A stretch of 64,000 bases of DNA from Ophelia neglecta (Eukaryota): contig OZ260661.1 in assembly GCA_965285935.1 (NCBI GenBank), positions 38,192,001 to 38,256,000 of the forward strand, read 5' to 3'. How positions within the stretch are numbered: the first letter of the stretch is position 1; the number at the start of each line of letters is the position of its first letter. Of the stretch, positions 25,459 through 56,800 are shown piece by piece. The position numbers and the translations under genes are program-made. The notes under the pieces were generated by a model. It was given only the letters and a program-made list of their open reading frames with translations, made no database searches and was not told the DNA's origin.

Positions 25459-28400
25459 TTAACCATATTTCATGGACAGGGATCGTGCAATATATTTCCA
25501 ATATTCTTGTCTAATTGTATCAATCTCTTTGCCTAGGGAGTCGCACATCTGAAACAGAAATGGTCATTTGATTACTGCAAACTACTTAGTATAAGTATAA
25601 AGTAGTACACTGGCTGAATAAAAAATGTCAATAATGTTTGTATTTGTTGGTATTATTACCAGTACAAACAGATTATTTTTTGCCACAACCAGGGCCTATC
25701 ATATCACCACAATGCCAGAATATGACAAAATCTGGTGTCAAATGGTGAGTTCCTATAATTGTCCGCAATTTTGTTGGCAACTGATGCCTGTGTGACCTCT
25801 TATGAAAACCAATATGCCTTGGTCTGTAGTAAACTCTGTCCAGCATTTGGTCACAAAAGACCAGCATTTGGTCACAAAAGACCAGCATTTGGTCACAAAA
25901 GACCATTTAATGCTCAAAATCAGCCACTTAGTTTACTTGATAAGTAAGGAATCTGAGAGGAAACTTCAATCGCTGCTTTCTGTAGCAACCCGGGATATTA
26001 TTCCACACTTTTAAATCCCACCCTAATATAAAGAACCAAACTTGATTCCTTGGGTTGGTCAATCATGTCAATGAATACAGTTTTCTACAATTTTCTCAGG
26101 CATTTTCTTTCACCAAGCATGATTGTGGATGATGCAGTCTGAAATCTCAGAAGAAGCCTGAGCAGTATTATTAATGGCTTATATTCTTTTTTTGCCATGC
26201 TGGAATGTGAATATGGAGAAGGCATTTAGCATGCATCTGTATATTAACCAAAGCTCGAAATAAAGGATAAAACAGCCTTACATTGAGTGCTTTCTCCAGA
26301 ACCTTCTCCTTGTCGTCACAGCCAGACTCGAGCATTTCCTCACAGCAGTCGATGATGAAGGAGAGGAGGTAGGGGGAGCGGATGTTCTTCTCATAAAGCT
26401 CCTGACAGTAGTCAGATATACCCGGGTACTCGTACATCTTGTGATCCTCAAGAATTCTGAAATATATCACATCATAAATCACTACACTAGTTCTTTGTTG
26501 TTTCATAGTGATCGATTTTCACAAGATTCCAAAAAAAAGGAGTGGCATTGAAGGGGAGTTGACTGAATACTTTAACATTGAATCAAGTACTATTTACATG
26601 TTAATAAAGCAAGTGGGTTAATGAGATTTAGGGTCAGGATACCCATAGAATATATAATTACTAGCAGCTATGCATCTAGCAGATTTAAACACAGATGTTT
26701 TTCATAGACACTAATTTCCCTTTTTGCTTTTAGTTATTTAAAGATGGCAGTAGTTTTAGAAGATTTGAAAATTCGTGTATGGTATCAAAGAATTAAATGA
26801 CTCTATTTACCCTCTCAGATAGTTCCATGCACTCTCATTGTTAGGTGCTTTGCTGATCATGTCTTTGGAATAACTGTAAGTCAGAGATACAATATCAAAT
26901 TCCATCATTCAATTTTAGAACTTAAATGTGAAATGAGGCTTAAACATCTGAACACATTCATTTCAGACCATTTTTTTTTATTTTCATGCTGCTACTTACC
27001 TAACTTCTCTTTCAAGCACATCATCCTTAAAGCCAGTAGTATTATTTATCACAAAATATCTTTGATTCCAGGCAGAATTGTTCCTTAGGTCGTCGGTTAA
27101 AAGCTGATTTATATATTCTAGTTCTCTTTCCCACAGTTTGAATTCTCTGATTACCCACTGTCTGCAGCAGAAAGAACAAGACACATAGTGCTTATTCTGG
27201 GACAACCAGTAGTGACGGGATGGTACTTCCAACCAATCCCATTAGTCCAATTTCAATCTGCACAATCCATTATAATCGAAAGATGGAAACTCTTTTGATT
27301 AAGTAATTCCAAGTGAATTAAAACTGCCAAATGTCTTCATGAGGCCATTAGACTTAATTAGTGACTTTTTATTTTGCGACAAAGTGCTTTTTCTAGAAAT
27401 TTGTAAATTTAAACCCACATAAACAATTTTACAGTTGCAGTATACAATAATGACTATTACTCACTCACCTATGTTGCCATGCATGGTAATTTTTTGCATC
27501 CTGCATAAGAATTCTGGCAGTAAACTGAAGCTCGTTTGATGGATCTTTCATCCACTCAACAATAACCCTTCTGTGATGCCTGCAAAGAAAACAATCAAAA
27601 AAACTACACAGGGTAAGCTTGTGAAATGTTCTCCAGCTAAAAGCAAGAGTTGTTAAGGGTTTGCGAGTAATCTGCAATAATACATGCTAAATCTATAGCA
27701 ACAAAATATGTTCAGATTTTTTTTCTTAAGACACCACAAGTCTTATTTGTTTTGAGAGAACACTCCCCTCACCCAGCTAAAATTGGGTTTCAAGCTTAAG
27801 CCTACCATACAAAGGGATCTTCCATGGTAATTTTAGTTTTAAAACATTTCCATGCCATAGCCTCATAATATTTAAGATCAAAATACATTTATAAAAATAT
27901 TCAATTATGACACCAAATCCATTTTATTATTTTCCAACCAAGTGATGTATATATACTTGTATATACCGCACGCTTAAAACAGTGAATGTTTTCTGGAGGG
28001 ACATACTATAACAAGTACATAATTATGTATCCCAATGTAAAGGAAAATGCGTTAGGTGCAGATATGCAATCAGATGCATAATTCATACAATTGAGCAACA
28101 AATACTGGAGACCAATTAAATGTGTGCTGAACCAATAAAATAGCCAAATTGCCTGGGTTCCATGTTTAGTAGTGGGGATATGCTTTTCTGCAATACTGTA
28201 ATGTTAATCATTGCCTAGCCGAAACAGATAATTACATGACACTGAAAACACATTTTATGTGTTTGCTTTTTGGTGGGGATCACTCTCCAACCTTCATGAC
28301 TAATAATTGACTATCACAACAAGAGATACTGACCAAACTTGATAGTTTTTAGGGTGATCTTCAATCATCTCAGAGATATAAGTGAGTTCTTCCTGAAGGT

Positions 28401-29971
28401 CTTTGTTCAGTTCTTTCAATAATATTCTTCTATAGTGCCTGCAAATAAAAATAGACAAATGAACTTCAGAGGCCACAATGCTTAAATATACAACATAGAT
28501 GAGAGATTCTTGTTAACAGGACCTGAGAGAATGATGGACTGTCAGATTGTATTCCCACTTGTACCGGAGTTGTCTGCTTTAATAAACAAGATAAAACAAG
28601 CAGAATCCCAACTAGTTACAGGTATCGTAACTTCTCAACTTCAATGTCTACTATTAAAGTCTATTATTAACTTTCAAATTTGTCTATTGCCATTTTCAAA
28701 AATGAATTTTCACATTCAGAATAGCATAGAGTATTCTAATATTCAATAAGATAAAGAAATTAAAGATTCATTTATATGACAATTGTACATTACCACCTAC
28801 CAGACGGTATAATTGGCAGAGTTCAGAGATGCAGCATCAGCCGTTAATTTCAATGCACGTTCACTTCTTTCGTCTCTCTTCAATACAGCTCGGAAATAAT
28901 CATAAACATCTTTGACTGCAATATGAAAAGGTCGAGTAAAGAATAAAAAATTGAAAAATTCTTTGAATCGTAAATATGAGTCTTCATTTTAAACTGGCAT
29001 GGAAAAAATTTACCTTTACATTAGTTCAAATTGAAGTCACTATATTGCTGCAATCACTGCATAATGGCAATTGGATTCTTGTTAGAACGGCAACATGTGT
29101 AATGTAGGGAAGGCTTCTTATACATATACCGGTGAGTATACAGCAGGGTACAGTAGGCTTCTGATACACACACCAGTGCTCCCTTGAGGGGGCAATAAAA
29201 TGTGATAGTGATGAAGCCACTTTTAATCAAGTGATTTAAATCGCCCAATAAAATCATAATTTAAGTTTTTTTTCTTTTTGAACATGATTGTATACACATT
29301 TAACATATTAAATATCAAATGCATGGCGTTTGAATAAAGCTTCTAAACACCTATTACTACTGTCAATTATGCAATTCTTCAATTAAAACAATGGAGATCA
29401 ACACCTGCTCAGTTCAATTTGTCACTATCATAACACCCATCTTGTAGTGTGCTATCCACTGATCCTGGTCATGACAAAGTCTGACTCTTCTTATCACCTG
29501 CTTGATTACTAACACCTCAAAGGTGGGGAGGGAGACTGAGGATAATTATGTACTAGTAATAACTCAATGCATGGTTCAATTGGTTGTTTGCTGTGAAATG
29601 TTTCCCTACATTACACATGTTTGCTGTGAATAGTATTTTGCTTTTACCTTATTGTCTAAAGCGTTGTCCCTTCCCCCATACCCCCGGGTTAGTTCCAGTT
29701 CAATCTGACAGTTCTGGCAGGTGTAGCGCCAGAACATTCTGGGCATGTGTGCTTGAAGCTATGTGCCCATGTGCCGGCATGCTTATGCTGCATAATTAAG
29801 TTATATTTTTGCCAACAGTTATTACTTACATTTATCCGAGTAGGCAATTTTAACAACAGGGAATGGTCCGTCATCCTGTGGAACGGGTTCCACGTCCTTC
29901 CATTCTTCTCTCTCTCTGTAAGGCACCCATTCTTCGCCGTAACCACTCTCTTCCGAGCTACTGTCCGCCAT
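25459..29971 (-). CDS. FNTA: Protein farnesyltransferase/geranylgeranyltransferase type-I subunit alpha, 8 exons, 320 aa
   Basis: Exons (-): 29971-29830, 28915-28801, 28438-28334, 27579-27469, 27161-27000, 26873-26811, 26456-26282, 25548-25459. All introns are GT-AG and phase-consistent (963 nt total). Motifs [38 protein letters not shown], and PPTA repeats [45 protein letters not shown]; C-terminal IDTIRQEYW. Confidence 0.96.
25840..25905. repeat. 21-bp tandem repeat x3 (CCAGCATTTGGTCACAAAAGA) in FNTA intron 7
   Basis: Three perfect consecutive copies plus a partial fourth. Confidence 0.9.
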
Positions 29972-30153
29972 TTTCTTCCAAGTCTCGCACCGTGTTGTTG
30001 GGAACGAGATCTTGCCGAGAACGCAAATGTACACTTCCGTTTATGTGGAGATGTCCAATCTGTCAATACTTTTTTTCCTTTTTTGTGGTTATTTGCAAAC
30101 AAATATTAATCATTCTGTGGTGAATTAGGTTTTATCTACATTACAGAAGAAAC
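29972..30153. promoter_or_regulatory. Bidirectional promoter shared by FNTA and FHIP2
   Basis: Divergent ATGs are 182 bp apart. The region is locally CpG-rich, with an ETS-type ACTTCCG at 30033-30039. Confidence 0.75.
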
Positions 30154-45961
<15,808 letters not shown>

Positions 45962-46519
45962 ATAGAGTAATATTAATTTCCTTCCCTCCAGGATTGGCTC
46001 ATAAGTGGTGTTCAATGTTTATTGACATATATGATACATTTCCAAAATGTCCTTTTGGAGAATTGACAATTATTAACCAGTTAATATATATTATACATTG
46101 TGTACATGGGAAATATCTTTATGTTGTCTATACCATGGTTCATCAATGCATTTAGATCATATAGTCAAACAGAACATGACATCTGCTATTGTTTACTGCC
46201 TGCATCTTGATTACAAACATTTTCAAACCCCTTATAAGTAGGGTCAGTCATATTTTGCGATGCTTTTTTTACATGGGAAACTTTTTGTTTTTGGATCGGG
46301 CCAATATGCTGCCTAGAGGTGGCTGTGTAAACCAAGCAGTCAAAAAACAAACGAGCCTAGCTAGTTTTAGTTCTCTGTATTGATGTTCCGGACTAATGTT
46401 CAACTTGTCTCAGTAAATCTACTATATGCCTCGACATGGTAAATGTTAATTAAGGTATATAGACTGACAATAGATATCACTATGAATGAATAATATAACA
46501 GGGTTATTTAATGATATAT

Positions 46520-46703
46520 CGATATATAGACATATATATATATATACATATACTTATATTGTGTGTGTGTGTTGTGTGCTGTTTGTTGTGTATGTGTATG
46601 CATAAGTGTGTATGCATATGTGTATGTATATGTATATGTATATGTACATGTACATGTATATGTATATGTTTATGTATGTGATTATGAATATATTTATATA
46701 TGT
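46520..46703. repeat. Compound TA/TG microsatellite, probably in the FHIP2 3'UTR
   Basis: (TA)n, (TG)n and (TATATG)n runs. Confidence 0.85.
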
Positions 46704-47893
46704 AGTAAAAAGGGGCATAGTCAATGAAGAATAGATGCAAAAGTAATGTAAGTAGTATCAGAAGTTATTAATTATTCAGAGCTCTTTGAAGCTAGTTGAC
46801 TGAAACTGGTGCTTTTAATAGTAGCAGTTCCCTGATAGTTTACTCTTTTTAGTAGTGAACATTTTTATTTAGAAAAACAGTGAACTTATTTTAACAGTTT
46901 ATTAATAGATGTCTCTACACCAGTAATTTTTTTACAATAATGATAAGTGGTGTTTCTTATGTGCCAATTGTCTCCTTCATTTATAGTTGTATGTATGTGT
47001 TTAAGTGGTATACCAACAGTGATATTTATCATTCATACTTTACCCAATAAATATAACCAATGGTATAAACTAGCAGAAATAGAAAATAAACATTTCTCTT
47101 ATTAAATGAGCTTATTGTAACTCAATGTACATACAGATATGTATTAACAGTTTAACTTACAAATAAATTGTTATAATAATCATTATAATTGGGGTTGTGG
47201 AGTTTAATTATATTATGTGATAGGATGATTTCAGGACTTCAGCCACATCATACCTGTTAGAATTTTTAGATTGCAGACACTGTTAACATTGAATTATTTG
47301 AGAACCTTGGGTTTGCTGATTCAGAAGATTTTAATAAATCACTAAGTAAGAGATCATGATTGTGTTATTAGGTACTCTGGTGATGAGGACAATTGGCGAA
47401 TTTACCGTTGTGAATTTCTACTTTAATACATGTGCTTGCTAATTAAGTTGGAATTTTCACTGAATAAAGTCTGCATATGTTTCCTCATTAGTCTGTTTGT
47501 GAGGTAATATGATATCTTTGATAGGAGATAAATTTAATTCCAAGCTAGCTGAAGATAATCACAGTGTTTAAAACACTGATTTGATTAAATCATTTATTTG
47601 CCCTTTTTGAAAAAGGAACCGCTTGTTGTGTCAAAATGATAAAATTAAAAGCTTGTGGACAATAATGTTTACACTGAAGGTTTTATCGAAATAAATGAGA
47701 TAACCAGAGGACTGGCAATGCCAAAACTCACATCGTTTGTGTGTGCAGGGCCTCATAATGAAGAAATATGATTAGCTGGTGTTGTATTAAACTGATAGTG
47801 GCAGATTTCAACTAATCTAATTGTTACCTAAAGTTGGGCAAATTGCACTGCTTGGAATTTGGAATTCATAAATGGACATTTAATAGTGAAACA

Positions 47894-50800
47894 ATGAAGT
47901 CATATGTGTGTGTATGCTTTATTTTATTAATAATTCCGTCTTTAGGAGAAGGAAATATGGATCGATATCTGGCTAAAGCCAATTTCAAATGGTCGGATTA
48001 TGATGTGTGTTATGCAGGAATACCTTTATATCATTTATATGAAACGACCAACCCGAGCAGACAATATAAAGGTGAGCTATACTAATTAAACCTCGTTAGT
48101 ACTTCGCGGAATTCTCACTAAAAGAATATAGCATATGGAGCATTATGAAGAAGATAAAACTTTTAGATGCAGCCCCAAATTAAAGGGATTTCATTTACAG
48201 CAACCGCCGAACCTTCCAGACAATCTTGAACGTTGATGGAACTAGCTTAATTTTGGAATTCTAGCTTCAAACTTCGCGGTATAGGGTGTAACCAGGAAAA
48301 TCGTAGCCCTTAAACGCAGCGACCCCCTATCCTGAAGATAGCCACTTTTAAAATAAGGAAAAAGTTGCCCCTTTGAGGGATAAAGATAAAAGATCCTATT
48401 TATGGTTGTATAAAATGCTCCTTTGCGTACACGGTTATTACGCCCCTAAATTGAAACTATCGTTTTAATGATTGCAGAGTGATTGCAACATGTTCAATTA
48501 GTCAACGATTGCTCTCACCCAATTCCAGCTCAGACTCAAACGATCAAAGATGGCGCCTCAAAGACGCCCTCAAACTCGAATACAGGCCTATATAACTTTA
48601 AGTTATAGCGCCGAACACTGCTTTGGGCCTAAATCATATACATATGCCCTACTATTTAAAAAGAATGTTGCTAAATAATTCGCCCACTCTGTTATGTTTT
48701 AGAGAGAAGGTATAGTGCCATGCGCGCCGAACACTGCTTTTGGCCTAAATCATATACATATGCCCTACTATTTAACAAGAATGTTGCTAAATAATTCGCC
48801 CATTCTGTTATGTTTTAGAGAGAAGGGAGCGTTCTTTGACAGACTGTGGACCCTTGCTCCTGCTAAGGGGCAGACTTCCCTTGTTACTCGAGCTGCATGC
48901 CGTGGTGACTCCCGTCCTTTTCTCGAGCATCGACAGGTACACGTGGGCGTCTCCCGTGAGACTGTTCAACTATGTCCGGCTCACCCAAATCACCCAGGAC
49001 AGGCGTATTCTACAAGTAAAGACTTGCATGTTTTTTCCACAGCCAAGATTGCGATTTTCTTTTCATTAGTCTACGAGTCAGAAGCAATTTACTACTTAGG
49101 GCTATACTAGCTCGTGGGACAATTTACTTGGCCTAGGCCTATAAATGGCTTAATGTTGCAAACGGGAAATGTTGGCGGAATTGATGTCAACGGCCAATAT
49201 TTCTTGCATCAATATATGATTTTTGTAATTTTTAAAACACTGTAATACACGTCATTACGACAGTTAAAAAAATCCGCCAACATTAAGTGTGCCAAAAAAT
49301 TAAATCCGCCGAATTTTACCGCCGCCAACAATAGCAACTTGCGTTAGAATAGATCATTGTCCTCGGTGAATTCTCTTCTCTCAGCTATATCACCCTCCGG
49401 GAAACATCAGCCCATTAGCCCGGGCATATTCAAGGGAATAAACCTACCTAGAAATCATTAGACCTGATCACACCCATGAGACTATACACACATCATTGTG
49501 AAAGGACGGTTTATGAACGCGTAGCGTTAAATTACAAAACAGCCTGGCGGACTTTTTCAAGTGGCAGCGCAATTAGTGGTGGAAATGGGCTGGTTTCCGT
49601 TGTAACCAACATGTTACTGTAACGTTTAGGGATTCTTTAATTATACTATGGTTAATCTCTTGGCTCATGAGGATTTGCTAATAATTGTGCCAGCATTGTA
49701 AAATCATATGTTTCGTAAAGTTTTGGCCCAATAGGCCAACTGACGCTGAACATAACAACCCTGTTTCACCATCACCCCCGCCCCTTACCAAGGTGACCGC
49801 TAACCGCTTATCACCGCCTACCATTTTTACCATTGACCACAGCCGCATATTTTTTACCACAGTCTAATACCGCTTACCATTTTTTACCATCGCTTGTCAT
49901 CTCCGACCATATTGCCTCTTCTCATACCATCGCCTACCATTTTTTACCATCGCCTACCGTTTTTCACCATCGCCTACAACCGCCTACCACCACTTACCAC
50001 AGCCTACCAATTTTACCATCGCCTATAGGCCTATATACCACCGCCACCTTCTTTTTACCACAGCCTACCCTATTTCACCATTGTGTACCACCGCCCATTG
50101 TTTTGCCATCGGCTAACACCGCAAACCATTTTTTACCATCGGCTGCCATCGCCTACATTTTTTCCACTTCCTACCAGCGTCTACCATTTTTTAACTTCAT
50201 TTTCCGTTTTCTACCAACGTCCGCTGCCGACCGCCATGGCCTATACAAACTTGGCGGCCGGTGGTCCTAGTGCCCGTCGGTTTTATAATTCATGGCAGAT
50301 TTTTCTTTGCTCGGGTAGTTTGATTCCCTCATAATCCTATAGATTGCTCACCTTCTTGGTATTATCAAATCTCTCACTTGCTGTCTGAAGTCAAGCTCAG
50401 GCTTCAAAGCCTAGTTCAGGCTTGAAACGAAGCTGGTCGATCTCAAACAAAAAATCAAACGCTCCAGAATCATTTGGAACGTTAATGTTAGGAACAATGT
50501 GCGGATTAACATTAGCAAACAAAAAGGGTTATTCTAGATGCGTCAATTTTGTTCTTCCAGATCTTTCGTGGCAGTTTTCATCATTTTACATGACTATCGA
50601 TAATAGATAACACATAAACTATGTTTAAGAATCGTATAATGTAATATATTTGAGAATTATTGTCCCATATCTCCAGCGTCTCTACGACACAGCCCTCTTA
50701 TATCCTATTGAGTTATGTCGACGTCCGTCTTATGTCAATTCATTTCCTCTTTATAACACATATTAAATCGCTAACTTTTCTGTGAAATGCGATCTTTATG

Positions 50801-53800
50801 TGAGCGACACCAGCTGAATTGACATGAGAAACACAATATCAACGTACATAGCTATAACAATGTCTAATCAGGAAACTAATATTATTAACATACATAGTTG
50901 CTACAATAATTCTATGAGGTGATAATATTGATATTTAAACTGCTTGCCAGTGCAAGTTATTCTGCATCAAGCGATGGGAGGCAAGGACAGCCCAACACAC
51001 AACCTGGGGATTCCGATTTGGACCGCTAGCTATCATTTATATCAGAAATATTTGTTACAATAGCATTAAAAGGGCGATAAAGAAGACAGGGCTTAGCCCA
51101 CACTATAACATGGGTGCACTATGACCGCAGTCACAAAACGCAAAGGGCTTTATGATATTTTTTGGGCAAATACGCAAGGCTAATATAGGCTAATATATAT
51201 AATATATAGGGATGGCCGTTATGAGATTGAATACGTACTTGCCCAAGCAAACCGAAATGCCGAAAGGTGAGAAAACTTATTTAGCAATCAGTAAAGAGTT
51301 TTGTAAGTGGAAAACATTATTTCAATTCAAATCCGAATAAATTTTATCATCGATATCTGATCCAAGGGAGGAGGAGGTGGGGGGGGGGGGGGGGGTGCAG
51401 TTCCTGGTTCGACCAGTCATTCGCACATAGCTCTGTGAGTGACTAAAATCCTTAGTTTTTCCTAAGGGCGATAATAAGAAGATCCACTATATTCTTTAAT
51501 GGGCACAGCTATCTTTTCAGCTCCTATAATTATAACGTTACACATGAAATAATTGCATTACCCAAATTAATGTTGGTACTCTGGCTAAAACATATACGTG
51601 TCAGCCACTGAAACGCAACAGCGTTCAAAAGGCTGTCCAAATTCCATATAGGCTCCTATGTAACGGTGAATACTCAGCCCAATGACTAATACTAAAGGTC
51701 GACGTGTATTGGTGGTGGAATAAGAGCACTTTGTATCCCCATAAATTCTTTAATGAGTGCACCCTCAAAGATCCGGCAGCATGGGCAGGGGACACGAAAC
51801 CACAGAGAGCATCTAACACCTAATCAAACGCCTCACCAAGCCCATCGACAAAGACTTACGATACTCAAGGACAGGGGGCTGGGGAGACCAGACAAGATAT
51901 CTGTGGGTAACACATCATGTGATGACTACCAGACTTAATTTAGACTACTCGTTGGCTTTAGCTCAACCAGAAAGACCGAGGAACTGTAGGACGGCCGTCG
52001 AGCAAAAGATGCAGTACTGCTCTTATCCTACGAATGGAAATATAATACACTCTCAGCCTGTTTGATATAAATAATGGCATAATACCTGTAATATAAATCG
52101 AAATGTTTCTTGGTCGGATATGCATAAATCTGCTTATTGCAAATATGCTATAAACAAAAGCAGGTCAAATGTGTGTGTTCATGCTATACCCTTCTCGTAT
52201 ATATAATAAAGTCAGTCGTTCATTGTCCCTTAATGACTTTAATACAAGAAGATTTCAACTTTTTAGAACTCTAACCACAATTCCCCGAATAACCCTTGTA
52301 AAACATCCACCCACAGAAAATCCGAATATTTCACGTTCAATTACGTGTAGTTTTTCCTTCAGCTTTGAGAGTCTGATTCCGCTAGTCAACTAGATTTGCT
52401 CCAGGTTACACACTCAGAAATGTTTATAAAACTCCGCACGCCCTGCATGTCAAATGGTGCCTATATAAAGTTTAATAAGAAGGGCACAGAGAGCCGTAGA
52501 CTGGAGTTAGATGATGGTGTTTTATGTTATGGTTTGGGGAAGATGAAAAACTGAGTAGAAACAACTCTGGGACAAACACGAACCATCCTCAGGCATGAGA
52601 CAATAAACACGGATTATTTAAATGATCCTGACCTTTCAGCGAAATTGAGTTTACAACGGATACTAGCACTTTCCAACACGAAGCTGCCTCTAGGAAAGGT
52701 CCGCCAGACCTTTTACTTATAGTGCTTAAATATAATTTGGGAATTTGTCCTCCGACGTATTAGGGCAAGGTGTCTACGAGTCGGAGAAGAAAAAAAAACA
52801 AATACTATGTACTAGGCCTATACCCATGCTATCGAAGAAGATTACGAAAAAAATGAATGGTCTAATAATTATTGGCAATAACAAGAGACCTGAAAGTCTG
52901 GAAAATTGTCAAGATAATATGATTGTAACTAGAAGTTTTTGTTTTATTTGGCCAGAGTTTTTGTGGCAGGTGAACTTCGTAGACACTCCTTTGGTGTACG
53001 TGGACATAACGTTTGAGGTTAAAGGTGCCCGACATAGGGACGCCCTCCTGCCAAGGCCGCTTTTCACTAGCAATTAGCAATTTTTCACGACCTTGCCTAT
53101 ATGCTTCAATAAACTAATGTAGCATCATTATATAATAGCATTACATAATCTGTTTTCATTAATACAAAAGCTACACAAAAGTAAACGTAAAAAAATTCAT
53201 TATTTAGCTAGTTGCCTCCCTATATCTATGTTCCTCTTAAGTTCAGGTCACCAAACATATATTATATATATATATATATTAGTAGTTGTGATAGGTATAG
53301 TACAAGCGTCTCCTTTTAACTGATGACTTTCTAATGTAAAATGTACAATTGTTTTTATTTGTTGGTCTTTTACCCACAGAACATTTTGGCCTTCCGGAGG
53401 CTAAGTCCTACTGAACAGAGAACGAAACATCTGGCAGAATATGAATCGGTTAGTGCAAATTTATACATGAAGTGTAAGACATGGGCAAAGCTGAATTAAT
53501 CACACATGACACTGTGTCACAGCAGCGAGACAACTGGTCAAAACCCGCATGGAATTTTCTGGTTGCACGGAAAACACGCACGAAGCCAAATTGTACTCAT
53601 GTAGAAAATACTAAACTAACGTTATAGATATAAATATAGGCCTAGGCCTATACCCTTTTCGCATATATGTATAAAACGGGTATTTTCAATAAAAAAAGTT
53701 GACTTTATGACTTTCAATATATAGAACATGGTAACTGCCTGCTTATAATTTCTACCACGTTAATGTCTCTTTACATTATGAAAAATTGTGGAGAAACCGG

Positions 53801-56800
53801 GCGGGGCAGAGAATCGAGATCATGGCCATGTGTCTACATTTATAAGATAGGGAATACAGATTGTAGCTTTAGTCAATGAATAAATGCCTTCCTGTTCAGA
53901 CATACACAAATGATGCGTACTAGACAGCCATAAAATAACCCTTGTAAGAATTATTATGTCTCTGGTGAATTAAGTGACCATGCATAGAGATATAATTATA
54001 GCGCTCATTTTGCTTGTCCGGCGGCGGCAGGCGGGAATGTCTGCTTCTTGGCAACCTAAAGCCCTCACCGCCATTCGTACTAATTTATCAGCCCATGGTA
54101 CCTGCCTGGTGTGATTCAGATCTCGATAGGTTAAGGTCATGACCCGAAAAAACATAAAGGCTGCCATGGCCGTGACCTTATTAACCCCAGGTCGTGCGAC
54201 ATGAACGTCTGAATGGCATCAGCAACAACACTCTAACATTATGGTTGCATGGAATAGTGAGATTTCTTTTGCTGATTATTTGATAAAGACATTCTGAACA
54301 TGCAAAATGTCCTCAGAGTCGTGCAAAATTTCATGTAGAGGGGTAAATCTTTTACGGCGCAAGATAGGCACATAAGTGATTGTATTGACCACTAATAGAA
54401 ACTCATGTGCAAGAATTCTAATGATTACTTTGAATTTAACCTTGACCTCCCTTTCATGGTCGAATTGAAAAACACACTGATGTTTCCACACTACATATAT
54501 GTGTGTGTGTGTGTGTGTGTGTAAAAATGTGTTTAACGGACTAGATGGTCATATAAAAGTCATTTAACTCTAATACAAATTATCTCACTCATATCCTCGA
54601 CAAATGTGCCATATTTAAAGATGTATCCACTAATGGTCCCTTCGGTTGACGGTAAGTGTTTATTAGCTATAATCCGTTCTGCTGCATGTTTCTATGCAGT
54701 ACCTTATCTATTACACATGTTGGAAAGAATGTAGTCATCTTGTGACAATTAAGACCCGTTCATGTCGTCTGCAACATATTTTAATTAGTTTTACGTAGAA
54801 TGGAATGCATTGGAATCTTTTGAAAAAAATGATAAGATGTCAGAAATGTCAGATAGCCTATCTGACACATTTAGCTAGATTGTGTGTTTATTATAACTTA
54901 AGTAATATTGTTATTTAGAATATACTAAACATAGCACTACACAATTCTAGATCTATTGATGCACAACAATGGCCACTCCATGATAGATCTTCTTCTGTCG
55001 TCATGGCAATCAGTGACTTAGTTTATTTCAAACTAATGCGTCAACCATGGCTCCATTAACAAAGTTCTTAGGGTAAAATGTGCATTATTTGTGAACAATA
55101 TTATGAATGATTAAACAGCTTTCATTCGTTTGTCGCATATTTTTGGCTTTTGATTAAAAGCGGAAGCGCGGAGCCTTGCGGAAATTAGAATAGAGCACTA
55201 GACCTATTAAACTTGTCCCTAACCCTTCCCCTAACCCTGAAATTAACCCTTAAGCCATACCCCTAGCCATGCTGACGATTTTTGCTTCCTGTCACCCTGA
55301 TAACCCTTTACGTCCGCGTCCGCGTAGCTTCCGCACGTCCTCGTTCAATCAGTAGCCCTTTTTTGTTTCCTGAATCCACGATGACGATGCCATAATCAAA
55401 GCAGAAAAATAACAGATTTGAAATAATCAGGTCAATACCTTGAATATGATGTATAGCAAACCTGTGTGAACATACTATGGATTAACTTTTTGTATATGGC
55501 CAGTTATACTGTGTCCATTTTCAATTTCAAGGCGCGAGATCAATTTCAATTTCATAGTGTTATACGAGACATAATTTCAATTCTGCCATCTTTTTGTTGC
55601 TGTTGTCCATTGTTGTAAATTTGAATCCATGTTTATTTCTTTCAATTTCAATTTTCTTTCTTTATTTTGTAAAGCGCCCTTTGGATCATTTTCGAAGAAA
55701 TTAGTGCTCAATGAGTGCCAATGTTATTATAAATGCAGTTTCATTGCTATAGATATCTCTCAAATTTGACAGATTTTAGACTCGATGACACAGCCGGTTA
55801 AGGATCGATTCAGAACACTACTCACTGATTTCAATCAAGCTAAGACTACTTCTTTGCGGCTTGATTTTGCGAGTAACAAGGTGAGTTATCTGAGTAATAT
55901 GTAGTGAAAAAATTGCTATCCCTTCATTGTAGTAATCATACACTATTAATACTGGAGTTATCAAAAACATTAAAAAAAACCATCACCAATGACAAGGTGA
56001 GTCAAATTTTACTAGTTGGGACATATATTCGCACATTTTTTCTAGGCTAAGGAAAAAATAAACCAAATGACCAAAGCGCCTGGCTTTAAACCGATGTCCG
56101 AAATGGAACAAGAAATAAACAATGTTAAGTCTTATACCCACATGATCAGAGGTAATTTAAATTCATACATGGATTGTATAAAGCCCGAGTGTTGCCGTGA
56201 CCCTTATTGTGAATTTAAACTATTGATCCATAATACTCGATTTATTAATCAATATATTATAAATTCAATATAAATAGTGGCCCATGAACAATTGTTCATT
56301 ATGGTGCAATTAATTCTGCCACCGCTAGTTATCCCTAGTTATTGAGCTGTCACAATTTTGTTTATTACAAGATAATAAATCCTTATAATTAATCATTCAA
56401 ATTAGGTATTTCAGTATTTAACATATCAAGGTTTATTAGAATGTCGAAAAAGCAAAAGACTAACATATTATTTTCCAGAAAGTATCGACAGATTATATAA
56501 TTACTCTAAGCTGGTTGCTATGGATAAGCTGAACAGAGAAGGGATGCCGTTGTCTCGTCAGGCCATACACACCCTTGTCAGAAGGCTGCTAGATGACCAT
56601 CCCCGCCGACCAGACCACTGCGGAGTGTTCCCGGAGAGCTCCTGGATAGTTAACAAAGAATACACACGTGCTTCTAACATGAGAAACGCTGCAATTACAA
56701 TGCAAAAGTGGGTTGTCCTCAGAAACTTCTATCTATAATTCCCATTTGTAACATCTAACTTCTTCTTTCCTAATCGAAGCATCGTTCTGAAACTGTCACA

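Noticed and set aside
46504-46740. His-rich ORF
   Set aside because: Translation of a TA/TG microsatellite.
49833-50270. 145-aa Pro/His/Phe-rich ORF
   Set aside because: Translation of a degenerate minisatellite in an intron.
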